A stretch of DNA of 64,000 nucleotides, taken from NCBI GenBank assembly GCA_026415505.1, contig JAOAGY010000019.1, positions 7,485 through 71,484 on the forward strand, read 5' to 3'. Under the pieces are notes generated by a model that saw nothing but the letters and a program-made list of their open reading frames with translations, was not told where the DNA came from and ran no database searches. Below, piece by piece: positions 9,213 through 19,756 of this stretch. The stretch is from Chlorobiota bacterium (GTDB taxonomy: Bacteria > Bacteroidota > Ignavibacteria > Kapaibacteriales > NICIL-2). Numbering within the stretch: the stretch's first letter is position 1; every line of letters starts with the position of its first letter. Made by a program: the position numbers and the translations under genes.

Positions 9213-11258
9213 ATGCCGGAATTGGACACGATCACGCTCTCGCCCCCGACTGTCAACGGTCACCGTATCAGCGGATCGCGCGCTGCGGCATACGAGGCGC
9301 TCCGTGCCGAGTACGAGCGTTTGCTCAGCCAGCTCGACTCCGACGTTCGGTCGCTCCTCGAACGCTGGCGGGAAGAGATGGAAGCGTATCGCGGCGAAGA
9401 ATACGTGTACACCGTCCGCGGACGCGAAATACGTGTGCGCAATCACGTCGAGTCACTCTCGCATCTGAAAATCCCGAAGATCGCCACGCCGCGTTTCAAC
9501 GATTGGGGCGACATCGTGCGCTGGGCGATGCAAGAAAACTTCCCCGGCAAGTTTCCGTACACTGCCGGCGTCTATCCCTTCAAGCGTCAAACGGAAGACC
9601 CCACGCGCATGTTCGCCGGCGAAGGCGGTCCGGAGCGCACCAACAAACGATTCCACTACCTGTCCTACGGCATGCCGGCAGCGCGGCTTTCGACCGCGTT
9701 CGATTCGGTCACGCTCTACGGCGAAGACCCCGACCGACGCCCGGACATTTACGGCAAGATCGGCAATTCCGGCGTGAGCGTGGCGACCGTTGACGATGCG
9801 AAAAAGCTCTACTCCGGCTTCGATCTCTGCGCACCGACGACGTCGGTTTCGATGACCATCAACGGACCGGCGCCGATGATTCTGGCGTTTTTCCTCAATG
9901 CCGCCATCGATCAAGAGTGCGAAAAGTACATCCGCGAGCAAGGCTTGACCGAAGCGATCGAGCGCCGCATCGAGGAAATCTATCGCCGGCTCGACCTGCC
10001 GCGTCCGGTCTATCGCAACATCGCGACCGGAGCACCGGCGGGCGAACTTCCCGAGGGTCACAATGGCTTGGGCTTGCTGCTTCTCGGTGTCAGCGGGAGC
10101 GAAGTGCTTCCGCCGGACGTCTATGCCGAGTGCAAGCGGCGTGCGCTCGAGCAAGTGCGCGGCACTGTCCAAGCGGACATTCTCAAGGAAGATCAAGCGC
10201 AGAACACGTGTATTTTCTCGACGGAATTCGCGCTCCGCATGATGGGCGACGTGCAGGAATACTTCATCGCCAATCGCGTGCGCAATTTCTACTCGGTTTC
10301 GATTTCGGGTTATCACATCGCCGAAGCCGGCGCCAATCCGATCACGCAATTGGCGTTCACGCTCGCCAACGGCTTTACCTACGTCGAGTACTACCTCTCG
10401 CGCGGCATGCACATCGACGATTTTGCACCGAACCTGTCGTTTTTCTTCTCCAACGGTCTCGATCCCGAATACTCGGTCATCGGTCGTGTGGCGCGGCGTA
10501 TCTGGGCGAAAGCGATCAAGTACAAATACGGCGGCAACGAGCGCTCGCAAATGCTCAAGTATCACATCCAAACGTCGGGGCGCTCGCTGCACGCACAAGA
10601 GATCGCCTTCAACGACATTCGCACCACGCTGCAAGCGCTCTATGCGATCTACGACAACTGCAACTCGCTCCACACGAACGCCTACGACGAAGCCATCACG
10701 ACGCCGACGGAAGAATCCGTTCGTCGTGCTGTCGCCATTCAACTGATCATCAACAAGGAACTGGGTCTGGCGAAAAACGAAAACCCGCTGCAAGGCTCGT
10801 TCATCATCGAGGAGCTGACCGACTTGGTCGAAGAGGCGGTTTATGGAGAGTTCCAGCGACTCAACGAACGAGGCGGCGTGCTCGGCGCGATGGAGCTGAT
10901 GTACCAGCGCAACAAGATTCAGGAAGAGTCGCTCTACTACGAATCGCTCAAGCACAGCGGACAGCTACCGATCGTCGGCGTCAATACGTTTTTGTCGAAA
11001 GACGGCTCGCCGACGATCGTGCCCGAGCAGGTCATCCGTTCGACGACCGAGGAAAAAGAACAGCAAATCGCCAATCTCGAAGCGTTCAAGCGTCGCAATG
11101 CCGAGCGCTCGGAAGCAGCGCTGAAGCGTTTGAAAGACACCGCCCGCCGCGGCGAGAACATCTTTGCCACGCTGATGGACGTGTGCACTGTCTGCTCGCT
11201 CGGTCAGATGACGCATGCACTCTACCAGGTCGGCGGACAGTATCGGCGGAATGTGTAG
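9213..11258 (+). CDS. Methylmalonyl-CoA mutase family protein, IcmF-type mutase domain only
   Basis: [65 protein letters not shown]. In-frame TAA at 9174-9176, so no upstream B12-binding or GTPase domains. Confidence 0.9.
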   Translation: MPELDTITLSPPTVNGHRISGSRAAAYEALRAEYERLLSQLDSDVRSLLERWREEMEAYRGEEYVYTVRGREIRVRNHVESLSHLKIPKIATPRFNDWGDIVRWAMQENFPGKFPYTAGVYPFKRQTEDPTRMFAGEGGPERTNKRFHYLSYGMPAARLSTAFDSVTLYGEDPDRRPDIYGKIGNSGVSVATVDDAKKLYSGFDLCAPTTSVSMTINGPAPMILAFFLNAAIDQECEKYIREQGLTEAIERRIEEIYRRLDLPRPVYRNIATGAPAGELPEGHNGLGLLLLGVSGSEVLPPDVYAECKRRALEQVRGTVQADILKEDQAQNTCIFSTEFALRMMGDVQEYFIANRVRNFYSVSISGYHIAEAGANPITQLAFTLANGFTYVEYYLSRGMHIDDFAPNLSFFFSNGLDPEYSVIGRVARRIWAKAIKYKYGGNERSQMLKYHIQTSGRSLHAQEIAFNDIRTTLQALYAIYDNCNSLHTNAYDEAITTPTEESVRRAVAIQLIINKELGLAKNENPLQGSFIIEELTDLVEEAVYGEFQRLNERGGVLGAMELMYQRNKIQEESLYYESLKHSGQLPIVGVNTFLSKDGSPTIVPEQVIRSTTEEKEQQIANLEAFKRRNAERSEAALKRLKDTARRGENIFATLMDVCTVCSLGQMTHALYQVGGQYRRNV

Positions 11259-11335
11259 GCTCGATATTCGGCGATCGGTACATCCTCTTCGAACTCGCGA
11301 TCGATCTCGACACGTTTTTTGTGTGACTGTCTTTC

Positions 11336-12676
11336 GTGACTACGACAGATTCGCTTTTTTCTTCGGCACCTGACGCACCGCGACCGCCGCTGGCTGCACG
11401 GCTGCGTCCGCAAACGCTCGACCAGATCGTCGGTCAGGAACACGTGCTCGGTCCGGATACGCCGCTGCGCCGCGCGATCGAACGCGATGCGGTGCCCTCG
11501 CTCATCCTGTGGGGTCCGCCGGGGAGCGGAAAAACGACCCTCGCACACGTGATCGCTCGTGCGACGCGCGCACACTTCGTCGCGCTCAGCGCTGTCAGTG
11601 CCGGCGTCAGCCAGTTGCGTGCGGTCGTCGCCGATGCGACCGAACGCCGGCGTCGCGCAGGTCGACGCACGATCGTATTCATCGACGAGATTCATCGCTG
11701 GAGCAAAAGCCAACAAGACGCTGTGCTGCCGGCGGTCGAAGATGGCACGATCACGCTCATCGGCGCGACGACGGAAAATCCTTCGTTCGAGGTCAATGCA
11801 GCCTTGCTCTCGCGAACGCGCGTCGTCGTACTGCGCCCGCTCCAGCCGGAGCATCTCGAGAAAATCCTCGATCGCGCATTGACCAGCAACGAAGGGCTTG
11901 CCTTGCTCGGCGTCCAGCTCACCGACCAGGCGCGCGCTCATCTGATCGCGATCGCCGATGGCGACGCACGCCGTATGCTGAACACGCTCGAACTGGCTGC
12001 AGAGTCGGCTGAACCGAATGCCGATGGATTTCGGCTGCTCGATCTCGATGCCGTCGAACAAGCTGCACAGCAGCGCTGGTTGCTCTACGATCGCGCCGGC
12101 GAGGAGCACTACAACATCGTTTCGGCGCTGCACAAGTCCATCCGCGATTCCGATCCCGACGGCGCGCTCTACTGGCTCGGTCGTATGCTCGAAGCAGGCG
12201 AGGACCCGCTCTACATCGCACGCCGTCTGATTCGCATCGCCAGTGAAGACGTCGGTTTGGCTGATCCTCGTGCGCTCTCGCTCTGCATGGCAGCACAGCA
12301 GGCGATCCACTTTGTCGGCATGCCCGAAGGCAATCTCGCGCTCGCACAGGCTGCCGTGTATTTGGCGCTCGCACCGAAAAGCAATGCACTCTATGTCGCC
12401 TACCGTGCCGTGCAAGAAGACATCGCACGCACACGCAACGAACCGGTACCACTCCATCTGCGGAACGCACCGACACACCTGATGAAACAACTCGGCTACG
12501 GCGCTGGCTACAAATACGCTCACGACTTCCCCGATGCACTCGTCGCGCAGCACCACTTGCCGCCGTCGCTGGCAGGCAAGCGCTATTACGTGCCGACCGA
12601 TCGCGGATTCGAGGCGGAGCTTCGGCGGAGAATGGAAGAGTGGGAACGCCGTCGGCAGGAAAACTCCGGCGGTTGA
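11336..12676 (+). CDS. rarA: Replication-associated recombination protein A
   Basis: PLAARLRP, LWGPPGSGKTT, DEIHR, GATTENP, SALHKSIRDSDPD, YKYAHD. Confidence 0.95.
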   Translation: MTTTDSLFSSAPDAPRPPLAARLRPQTLDQIVGQEHVLGPDTPLRRAIERDAVPSLILWGPPGSGKTTLAHVIARATRAHFVALSAVSAGVSQLRAVVADATERRRRAGRRTIVFIDEIHRWSKSQQDAVLPAVEDGTITLIGATTENPSFEVNAALLSRTRVVVLRPLQPEHLEKILDRALTSNEGLALLGVQLTDQARAHLIAIADGDARRMLNTLELAAESAEPNADGFRLLDLDAVEQAAQQRWLLYDRAGEEHYNIVSALHKSIRDSDPDGALYWLGRMLEAGEDPLYIARRLIRIASEDVGLADPRALSLCMAAQQAIHFVGMPEGNLALAQAAVYLALAPKSNALYVAYRAVQEDIARTRNEPVPLHLRNAPTHLMKQLGYGAGYKYAHDFPDALVAQHHLPPSLAGKRYYVPTDRGFEAELRRRMEEWERRRQENSGG

Positions 12677-12682
12677 AATGCG

Positions 12683-13804
12683 CTATCGGACGACGAACGT
12701 CGGATCGAGTCGCTCGGCACCGCGCCACAGCTCGAAATGCACAAAAGCACCGCTGAGCGTTTCGCCGCTCGTGCCGATCGTTTGTCCCGCACTGACGCGG
12801 CTTCCCGCACGAACGCTGGCTTTGTCGAGATTGCCGTACACCGTCCGCACACCGTTCCCATGGTCGATGATGACGACAGTGTTCATCGCGGGCAACCACT
12901 GAACGGAAACGACCGTTCCGGCTGCTGCAGCGCGCACTGGCGAGCCGACCGGAACGGCAATGTCGATACCGGTATTGAACGCCTTGGCGCCGGTCGCTGG
13001 ATGGCGGTACTCGCCGTAGCCGCGCAGAATCGCTCCTCGCACAGGTGCCGACAGCGAGGGCAGTTTCCCCACCGGTGCAGGTGCGGATTTTCGTTCGCTC
13101 CGTGCGAGCCGTTCGATGCTGCGCGCGATCGTTGCAGCGCTTTTGCGCAATTGTTGCAATTCGCGTTCGATGGCATGGCGGTCGCGCCGGAACTTGTCGA
13201 GAAGCTGCGTTCGCAATGCGAGCAAGCGTTCCAATCGTTGCTGCTCGCGCTGTTGCTGATGTGCCAGGAGGGTGCGTGCGGCGCGATACTGTTGGAGTTT
13301 GTCGAGCGCACTGCCGGTGCTGTCGTGGGCGCGTTTGAGGGTGCGTGCGCGCTGTTCGAGTCTGCGCAGAGCCGTTCCGATGATCGCTGTATCGAGCGCG
13401 TCGTCGTCGCTGTCGGCAGCGGCAAGAACGAGCGCCAGTCGTCTGATGCGATCCAGCTCGTAATCGAGCGCCGATCCGTAGCCGTGGCGAGTGCGCAATA
13501 GCTGCTGCTGCCGACGATCCAGCTCGGCGATTTCGTCTTCGAGCATGCACACGTACCGGCGTTGGCGCTCTAATAGCTGCTGAAGCTCGGCAATTGTCCG
13601 CTGGGTGGCTCGCTCTTTTTGCACCAGTGCGGTCAGTGCACGTTCGCGTTGCTGGATGCTCCGTTGCAATTCGACGAGCTGGCGTTGTCGCGCAGTCAAC
13701 CCACGCTCGCCGTCGCTTCGGGCAGCCGAGGACTTTCGTTTCTGCGCAGGAGCCAAAGCGACTGCCACTGCGAGCAACACTGCAACGGCGGCACGCGCGA
13801 TCAT
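12683..13804 (-). CDS. EnvC-like murein hydrolase activator, coiled coil plus degenerate M23 domain
   Basis: Signal peptide, long coiled coil, GIDIAVPVGSPVRAAAAG, IIDHGNG, VHFELW. Confidence 0.85.
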   Translation of the reverse strand: MIARAAVAVLLAVAVALAPAQKRKSSAARSDGERGLTARQRQLVELQRSIQQRERALTALVQKERATQRTIAELQQLLERQRRYVCMLEDEIAELDRRQQQLLRTRHGYGSALDYELDRIRRLALVLAAADSDDDALDTAIIGTALRRLEQRARTLKRAHDSTGSALDKLQQYRAARTLLAHQQQREQQRLERLLALRTQLLDKFRRDRHAIERELQQLRKSAATIARSIERLARSERKSAPAPVGKLPSLSAPVRGAILRGYGEYRHPATGAKAFNTGIDIAVPVGSPVRAAAAGTVVSVQWLPAMNTVVIIDHGNGVRTVYGNLDKASVRAGSRVSAGQTIGTSGETLSGAFVHFELWRGAERLDPTFVVR

Positions 13805-13807
13805 GGC

Positions 13808-15076
13808 TCAGAACTCGTCGGTCGGAACACGTTCGATCTGCGCACCGAGCCGGCGGAGCCGTTCTTCCATGCGTTCGTAACCACGGTCGAGGTGGTAAAT
13901 GCGGAGCACGTCGGTGCGCCCGTCGGCAACCAGTCCAGCGAGCACGAGCGATGCGCTCGCCCGAAGATCGCTCGACATGACCGTCGCGCCGAGCAATCGC
14001 GCATTGCCGGTAACGATGGCGGTATTGTCGACGACTTCGATTTCGGCACCGAGTCGCCGCAACTCGGGCACGTAGCCGAAGCGTGTCGGGTAGATCGTGT
14101 CGGTGACGCGCGAGCTACCATCGGCGGTGAGCATCAGCGCTGCCCATTGCGCCTGGACGTCGGTGGGAAAGCCGGGATAGGGCGCCGTCGTGATGTTCGT
14201 CGGCTCGAGCTCTCCATCGCAGCGGAGTTGAATCGTCGTGCCATCGACGTCGAGCGTGCAGCCGATTTCTTCGAGCTTGTCGAGCACTGCGCCGAGGTGG
14301 TACGGATTGACGTCGGTCAGTCTGATCGCGCCGCGCGTCATTGCTGCGGCGATGAGAAATGTCGCCGCTTCGATGCGGTCCGGGATGTTTTCGACTGTCG
14401 GCACCGGCTGGAGCGCAGGCACACCTTCGATGCGCAGCGTCGAAGTGCCGATGCCCTCGATGCGTGCACCCATCGCCACGAGCATCCGAGCAAGAGCAGT
14501 GACTTCCGGTTCCATCGCGGCGTTGGTGATGATCGTTTCCCCTTCTGCAAGCGAGGCAGCGTAGAGGATGTTCACCGTCGCGCCGACGGATGGGACGTCC
14601 AGATGGATTGCCGCGCCACGCAGTCGTTCGGCGCGTGCATTGATGTAGCCGTGCTCGATGCCGATGTCGGCTCCGAGCTTTTCCATACCTTTCAAGTGCA
14701 AATCCACCGGACGCGGACCGAAGGCACAACCGCCCGGCAGCGACACGCGAGCTTGTCCGTAGCGTGCCAATAGCGGACCGAGCACGTAGATCGAGGCACG
14801 CATTTTTTTGACGTGCTCATACGGCGCCTCGAATCGCTCGATCGTGCGCGTATCCACGAACAGTTCGCCGGAAGTGTCCAGCTCGATATGTGCGCCGAGC
14901 GTGGACATCAGGCGCGACATCGTCCAGACGTCGCGTAAATTCGGTGTGCGTCGAATGCGGTATATGCCCGGCGCCAACAGCGTCGCCGGTATCAGCGCCA
15001 GAACGGCATTTTTGGAGCCAGCGACCGCGACCGTACCGCGCAACGAGCGGCCGCCTTCGATAACGAACTTGTCCAT
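13808..15076 (-). CDS. murA: UDP-N-acetylglucosamine 1-carboxyvinyltransferase
   Basis: GSKNA, MRAS, LPGGCAFGPRPVDLH, PGFPTDVQAQ, DLRASASL, HLDRGYE. Confidence 0.97.
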   Translation of the reverse strand: MDKFVIEGGRSLRGTVAVAGSKNAVLALIPATLLAPGIYRIRRTPNLRDVWTMSRLMSTLGAHIELDTSGELFVDTRTIERFEAPYEHVKKMRASIYVLGPLLARYGQARVSLPGGCAFGPRPVDLHLKGMEKLGADIGIEHGYINARAERLRGAAIHLDVPSVGATVNILYAASLAEGETIITNAAMEPEVTALARMLVAMGARIEGIGTSTLRIEGVPALQPVPTVENIPDRIEAATFLIAAAMTRGAIRLTDVNPYHLGAVLDKLEEIGCTLDVDGTTIQLRCDGELEPTNITTAPYPGFPTDVQAQWAALMLTADGSSRVTDTIYPTRFGYVPELRRLGAEIEVVDNTAIVTGNARLLGATVMSSDLRASASLVLAGLVADGRTDVLRIYHLDRGYERMEERLRRLGAQIERVPTDEF

Positions 15077-15135
15077 CGCATGATCGGTGTGTACCGCACG
15101 AAATTACGGTCGCTCTTTTCTCGACGGAGGAAACG

Positions 15136-15684
15136 ATGCACCCGAATTGGTTCGTAGCCCTTCACGCGGCGACCGACGATCCGTTGGAGCTTCCCCCGCT
15201 GGCAGACGGCATGCGACCGCTGCATCCGGACGACTACCACGTGACGGTTGCGTTCTTCGGTGCATTGCCCGCCGATCCGACCGACCGACTGGCAGCGATG
15301 ATCGAGGAAATGCGGCGTCCGCCTCTGGAAGCCGTCGCCGATCGAGCGCTGCTGCTGCCGCGTCCAACGCATGCGAGCGTGGTGGCGTTGCACTTGCAGG
15401 GCGATGCTCTCACCGACTACATCGCCACGTGGCGCGATCGGCTGCGTGCTGCGGTGGGGCTGCAACCGGAAGCGCGGTCGGTCTTGCCGCACATGACGGT
15501 CGTGCGAATGACTCCCACACGCGATCGAAACCGCATCGAACAGCGCCTGCACTGGGCTGCACAGCTTCAGCGACGGTTGCCGCTGCGCTTTCGATTGACA
15601 TCGGTCGGTCTTTACACCTGGCGCGAGCGACCGCTGTCACACCAGCCGCGTTACAAAGCGACGCTGTGCATTGCATTCGATTGA
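15136..15684 (+). CDS. thpR: RNA 2',3'-cyclic phosphodiesterase (2H phosphoesterase)
   Basis: Two HxT motifs (HVTVAF and HMTVVR) and an N-terminal FVAL. Confidence 0.8.
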   Translation: MHPNWFVALHAATDDPLELPPLADGMRPLHPDDYHVTVAFFGALPADPTDRLAAMIEEMRRPPLEAVADRALLLPRPTHASVVALHLQGDALTDYIATWRDRLRAAVGLQPEARSVLPHMTVVRMTPTRDRNRIEQRLHWAAQLQRRLPLRFRLTSVGLYTWRERPLSHQPRYKATLCIAFD

Positions 15685-15965
15685 CGTGCAGTGGTTATTT
15701 TCGATGTGTGGTTGGAGCGAGCGCAGTGCGATGCGCCGTCGCAGCGACATCCGACGGTGGATTTGCCGGTGTGGCACGGACAGCTCCTACCGTCCACGCG
15801 AAAACAAGCAGCTCCCACCAGGCAGCCATCCATCCCGATGCCGCGGAAGCGACAGAGCGCGGTCGGACGAGTCGGTTTCGGTGCCGGCGCAAAGCAGCCT
15901 TCATGTTGCAAGGTAGCACACTGTCTGGCTCGACGGGCGGACGTTTTTCGATTTTGTGACGCACG

Positions 15966-17414
15966 ATGAGCAAGCTTCGACTCGAACGCTACATCGAATC
16001 GCTCGACGACAGCGAAAAAGCTGCCGTTGCGCAAGCGGTCGAGGCGCAGCATCGCCCCACGCTCAGCGCGCTCTGGCGACTGTGCACCGAGCTGCTCGCA
16101 AGCCGAACGTCCATCAAACCGAACAAGGAAGCCATCTTCGAGCGCATCTTCGGCGAGCCGTACAGCAAGGAAAACGACTACCGTCTGCGCCACGAATACC
16201 GCCTGCTGGTCAGCACGATCGAACACGTTCTCGCCGAACGACACGCACGCGAAAAACTCGTCAGCGACCGACTCTTCGCCGACGAGCTCTTGCTCGAAGC
16301 CCTTGCCCAGCGCAACTTGTGGGCTGAGTTCGACGACACGCTCGCCGATGCGCTCGATCGTGCCGCCCGCCAGCACGACTATCACCGCACGCTCCGGCTC
16401 CAACTGCAGGCGATCGCAGCGACGCTGCGCAAAGGAATGTGGTCACACGAACGAATGCTCGACACGATCGCCTGGATCGATCGTGCCGTCGAGACGCTCA
16501 ACCGGCTCGGTGTCACCGAATACGAGCATCTGGCAGCGCTCCGCACAGCGACCGAGCACATGCTCGATGCCGAAGACATTGCCTATCAGCCGATGCCGCC
16601 GCTCGATCTCGAGCAAACGACGGAGCTTCAGCAATACTATCGCCTCAAGCGCTTGGCGGTACGTTACACTGGTTCGCAGCGATTGGAAGCAGCACAGGCA
16701 TGCGCCGAGCTGATCGAGCGCATCGCGACCGAACCGGGCACACCGCTTTTTGCCGAGCGCATCTCTGCAGTGGGAACGCTCGGTGTTCTGCTGATGATCG
16801 CCGCCGGCGATTATGCCGGCTCCGCGGCGGTCAGCCGGCGTGCACTCGAACTGGCAGAACAGCATGGCGACCGGACGATCGTTCCGCTGCTGGCGTACAA
16901 CTACTGCAGTGCGTTGATGAAAGCCGGCTGCTGGCAACAGGTGCTCGATTTCCTCGGCAGCAATCCGACATTGCTCGACGATCGGCGTGTCGGCTTTCGC
17001 TTTGCGCTTCTGCGTTCGTATGCATTTGTCTTTCTCGGCGATGCAGTCGGAGCGCTGCGGTCGTTGCCAAAGGCATCGCGTCGCTATCCCACCGGCGAGT
17101 ATCACTACGCGTGGTATCTCTACGCCATCATCGCATTCGTGCGCGGCGATCTCGACGATGCGCTCCGCGAAATCAAAAACTTGCGGAAGCACTTTGTGCG
17201 GCAGAAACTCCGTTCGTCGCTGGCGACCGATTACGCGCTCGTCGGCGTGCTGGGGAAGTTCTTCGCTGCGACGATGTATTCCTCGCCGCACCGCCGTGCC
17301 CGCGTTCGCCGATGGATCGAAGAGTCGCTCGACCGCATCGCTGCAACGACGCCGCACTATCGCGACTACCTGCCGGTGATCTGGCTTCGTCGTCAGCTCG
17401 ATCAGCTCAACTGA
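15966..17414 (+). CDS. Conserved hypothetical alpha-helical (TPR-like) protein
   Basis: 482-aa helical ORF with host-like codon usage. N-terminal YIESLDDSEK and KEAIFERIFG resemble a Bacteroidota-type family of unknown function. Confidence 0.6.
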   Translation: MSKLRLERYIESLDDSEKAAVAQAVEAQHRPTLSALWRLCTELLASRTSIKPNKEAIFERIFGEPYSKENDYRLRHEYRLLVSTIEHVLAERHAREKLVSDRLFADELLLEALAQRNLWAEFDDTLADALDRAARQHDYHRTLRLQLQAIAATLRKGMWSHERMLDTIAWIDRAVETLNRLGVTEYEHLAALRTATEHMLDAEDIAYQPMPPLDLEQTTELQQYYRLKRLAVRYTGSQRLEAAQACAELIERIATEPGTPLFAERISAVGTLGVLLMIAAGDYAGSAAVSRRALELAEQHGDRTIVPLLAYNYCSALMKAGCWQQVLDFLGSNPTLLDDRRVGFRFALLRSYAFVFLGDAVGALRSLPKASRRYPTGEYHYAWYLYAIIAFVRGDLDDALREIKNLRKHFVRQKLRSSLATDYALVGVLGKFFAATMYSSPHRRARVRRWIEESLDRIAATTPHYRDYLPVIWLRRQLDQLN

Positions 17415-18105
17415 GCATTTGCATCAGCTTGCGCTTGACGACAGGCAAAATGGTTTCGGTGTAGGGGAAATCCAAGTCTGTCTCGCATGAAAACGTCGCT
17501 GGATTCGGCAGATCGGGATACTGCTCGATGAGCCGATGTTTGATCGTTTCGGGTGCCGACCACACGCCGCGATGCGACAGCGAGAGCACTTCGACGGTTC
17601 GGAGCATCCGGTAGCTGTTGCCATGCTCGACCAGCTGCGATGTCGCATAGCGGAGAACGTGCAGAGTGCACGTGCGATGTTCGGGAACGAGAACGTAGCC
17701 TTCGCCGGTGTACATCGGCACCAGTCCGACGCTGGCAATCGTGATGTTGTCCTCGACGAAATCGAACAGTGCGGCACCCTCTTCGATCGCAGCCGCAATC
17801 AATGGCATTGCCCACCGAATCAGGTCGAACATTTGTTCGAGCGGCTGTACCGACGCCACCGCTTCGTCACCGACACTTTCGGCAGGTGGAAGGATGTGCG
17901 GCGACTGGTGGGCGTGGAAGTGCTCGTGTTCCTGCACGATCCGTTCCAGTGCACGGTAGAGTGCGATCAACTCTTGCAGTTCCGGGTAGAGTCGGTTGCG
18001 ACGGAACCGCGCCGTGCATTCGCCGATCGCCGAGCAGATTTCGTACTGGCGACGTTCCATGTCGTCGAACGGACGAGTGAAGAGTTCCAACGACAGCGTT
18101 GCCAT
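17407..18105 (-). CDS. Conserved hypothetical protein (Bacteroidota/Chlorobi type)
   Basis: MATLSLELF...RNRLYPELQELI and FSCETDLDFPYTETILPVVKRKL. Start reassigned to ATG 18105. Confidence 0.65.
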   Translation of the reverse strand: MATLSLELFTRPFDDMERRQYEICSAIGECTARFRRNRLYPELQELIALYRALERIVQEHEHFHAHQSPHILPPAESVGDEAVASVQPLEQMFDLIRWAMPLIAAAIEEGAALFDFVEDNITIASVGLVPMYTGEGYVLVPEHRTCTLHVLRYATSQLVEHGNSYRMLRTVEVLSLSHRGVWSAPETIKHRLIEQYPDLPNPATFSCETDLDFPYTETILPVVKRKLMQMLS

Positions 18106-18244
18106 GGCTCCATCACCGTAGCACGTTGAACATGTCTTCACACACAAACATATCGGCACATCATGCGTACTTCAATAGCAGTAGCACGGGCTGTTTGCTG
18201 CTACATACGACGCGATGCCGTAACACGCTCGGCACGACGAGCGC

Positions 18245-18272
18245 AATGAGTGTCACTCAATGAGTGTCACTC
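18245..18272. repeat. Tandem duplication of a 14-bp unit AATGAGTGTCACTC, each containing a (T)GAGTG-T-CACTC(A) palindrome
   Basis: Read directly at 18245-18258 and 18259-18272. Confidence 0.85.
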
Positions 18273-18305
18273 TAAGGGTGTTTTGCAGGGTCTTTTTCTT
18301 TTGCC

Positions 18306-18486
18306 TGTCACCCCGAACTTGTTTCGGGGTCTCTCTGTCCTCCTTGTGTCACCCTGAGCTTGTCTCAGGGTCTCTGAGATGCTGAAACAAGTTCAGCATG
18401 ACAAGTGGTGGTACGATGAGATGCTGAAACAAGTTCAGCATGACAAGTGGTGGTACGATGAGATGCTGAAACGAGTTCAGCATGAC
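18306..18486. repeat. Cluster of five REP-like palindromes (TGTCA-stem-loop-TCT family)
   Basis: Forward copies at 18306-18332 and 18347-18373. Reverse copies GAGATGCTGAAACAAGTTCAGCATGAC at 18376, 18418 and 18460, forming a 42-bp tandem unit. Confidence 0.88.
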
Positions 18487-18608
18487 GAGCAGAAAGCAAT
18501 GCGATGCAGAGGGACTGACCGCACCCCACCGGTGGTCGTGTATATTCGCGCCCGACAGTGTTTTTTGCCTCGTGTCGCGCGCAAGTACTTCTCCCTGCAA
18601 GACAACGA

Positions 18609-19739
18609 ATGCTCTACGAATTGCTCCTGTGGATTGACCGCACGTTCGGTCCGCCCGGATTCGGCGTGTTCCGGTACGTCACGTTTCGTTCTGCTGCGGC
18701 AGCGATCACAGCGCTGATGATTAGCTTCGTGGTCGGACCGCGCATCATCGCGGCTCTTCGCCGGCGTCAGATCGGCGAACGAGCCAAAGCAGAACTCGCC
18801 ACAACTGGCAATCACGCATCGAAAACCGGCACGCCGACAATGGGTGGGTTGATTGTCCTCCTCTCGGTCGTTCTGCCGACGATCCTTTGGGCGAACATCG
18901 GCAATGCATTCGTTTGGACGATCGTGGTGGTGACGGTCTGGCTCGGTGGGGTCGGTTTCCTCGACGATTACTTGAAGGTCGTTCGCAAGCTGCCGAAAGG
19001 TTTGATCGCACGGTACAAACTCGTCGGGCAGGTCGCTATCGGTTTGCTCGTCGGTTGCGCGATTTACTTTTTCCCCGAATGGTACAGTGCCTCGTATGCA
19101 GCGGTCAAGACACTGACGACGGTTCCGTTTGCCAAGCACGTCAACTTCGATTGGGGCATTGTGTACGTGCCGATGGTCGTGTTCGTGTTGACGGCGACGT
19201 CGAACGCGGTCAATCTCACTGACGGTCTCGATGGGCTTGCGATCGGAACGGTCGGCATTGCAGCACTGGCGCTGGCGCTCATTGCCTACGTCAGCGGCAA
19301 TGCGGTGTTCGCGCAGTATCTGACCATCATGCATCTTCGCGGCGCCGACGAGCTGACGATCTTCGCTGCAGCGATGGTCGGTGCGTCGCTCGGTTTCCTC
19401 TGGTTCAACGCCTATCCTGCGCAAGTGTTCATGGGCGACACTGGTTCGCTGGCGCTCGGTGGGGCGATTGGTGGATTGTGCGTGCTCATCAAGAAAGAGT
19501 TTTTGCTGCCAATTCTCGGCGGTGTGTTTTTCGCCGAGACGCTCTCGGTGATCGTGCAAGTGGCGTACTTCAAGTACACCAAGCGCCGCTACGGCGAGGG
19601 ACGGCGAATCTTTCGGATGGCACCGCTGCACCATCACTTCGAGCGCTGCGGCTGGCACGAAGCGAAAGTCGTCACGCGCTTTTACATCGTCGCGATCATT
19701 TTGGCGATAGTGACGATGGCAACGTTCAAGGTTCGATAA
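18609..19739 (+). CDS. mraY: Phospho-N-acetylmuramoyl-pentapeptide transferase
   Basis: [57 protein letters not shown]. Start at ATG 18609. Confidence 0.97.
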   Translation: MLYELLLWIDRTFGPPGFGVFRYVTFRSAAAAITALMISFVVGPRIIAALRRRQIGERAKAELATTGNHASKTGTPTMGGLIVLLSVVLPTILWANIGNAFVWTIVVVTVWLGGVGFLDDYLKVVRKLPKGLIARYKLVGQVAIGLLVGCAIYFFPEWYSASYAAVKTLTTVPFAKHVNFDWGIVYVPMVVFVLTATSNAVNLTDGLDGLAIGTVGIAALALALIAYVSGNAVFAQYLTIMHLRGADELTIFAAAMVGASLGFLWFNAYPAQVFMGDTGSLALGGAIGGLCVLIKKEFLLPILGGVFFAETLSVIVQVAYFKYTKRRYGEGRRIFRMAPLHHHFERCGWHEAKVVTRFYIVAIILAIVTMATFKVR

Positions 19740-19756
19740 TCGCTACGGAGCTCGAT

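Noticed and set aside
8714-9793. ORF overlapping the mutase start, as a possible frameshifted IcmF N-terminus
   Set aside because: The translation has no B12-binding or GTPase motifs and mostly lies antisense to the real gene at 8552-9046.
15695-15831. Possible 44-aa peptide MAAWWELLVFAWTVGAVRA... in the 280-bp gap between thpR and the next gene
   Set aside because: No clear RBS, promoter or homology evidence, so it cannot be supported.
18376-18486. Three 27-28 bp palindromic repeats resembling a mini CRISPR array
   Set aside because: The spacers are identical and only 14 bp, there are inverted family members next door, and no cas genes are present. A REP tandem explains it better.
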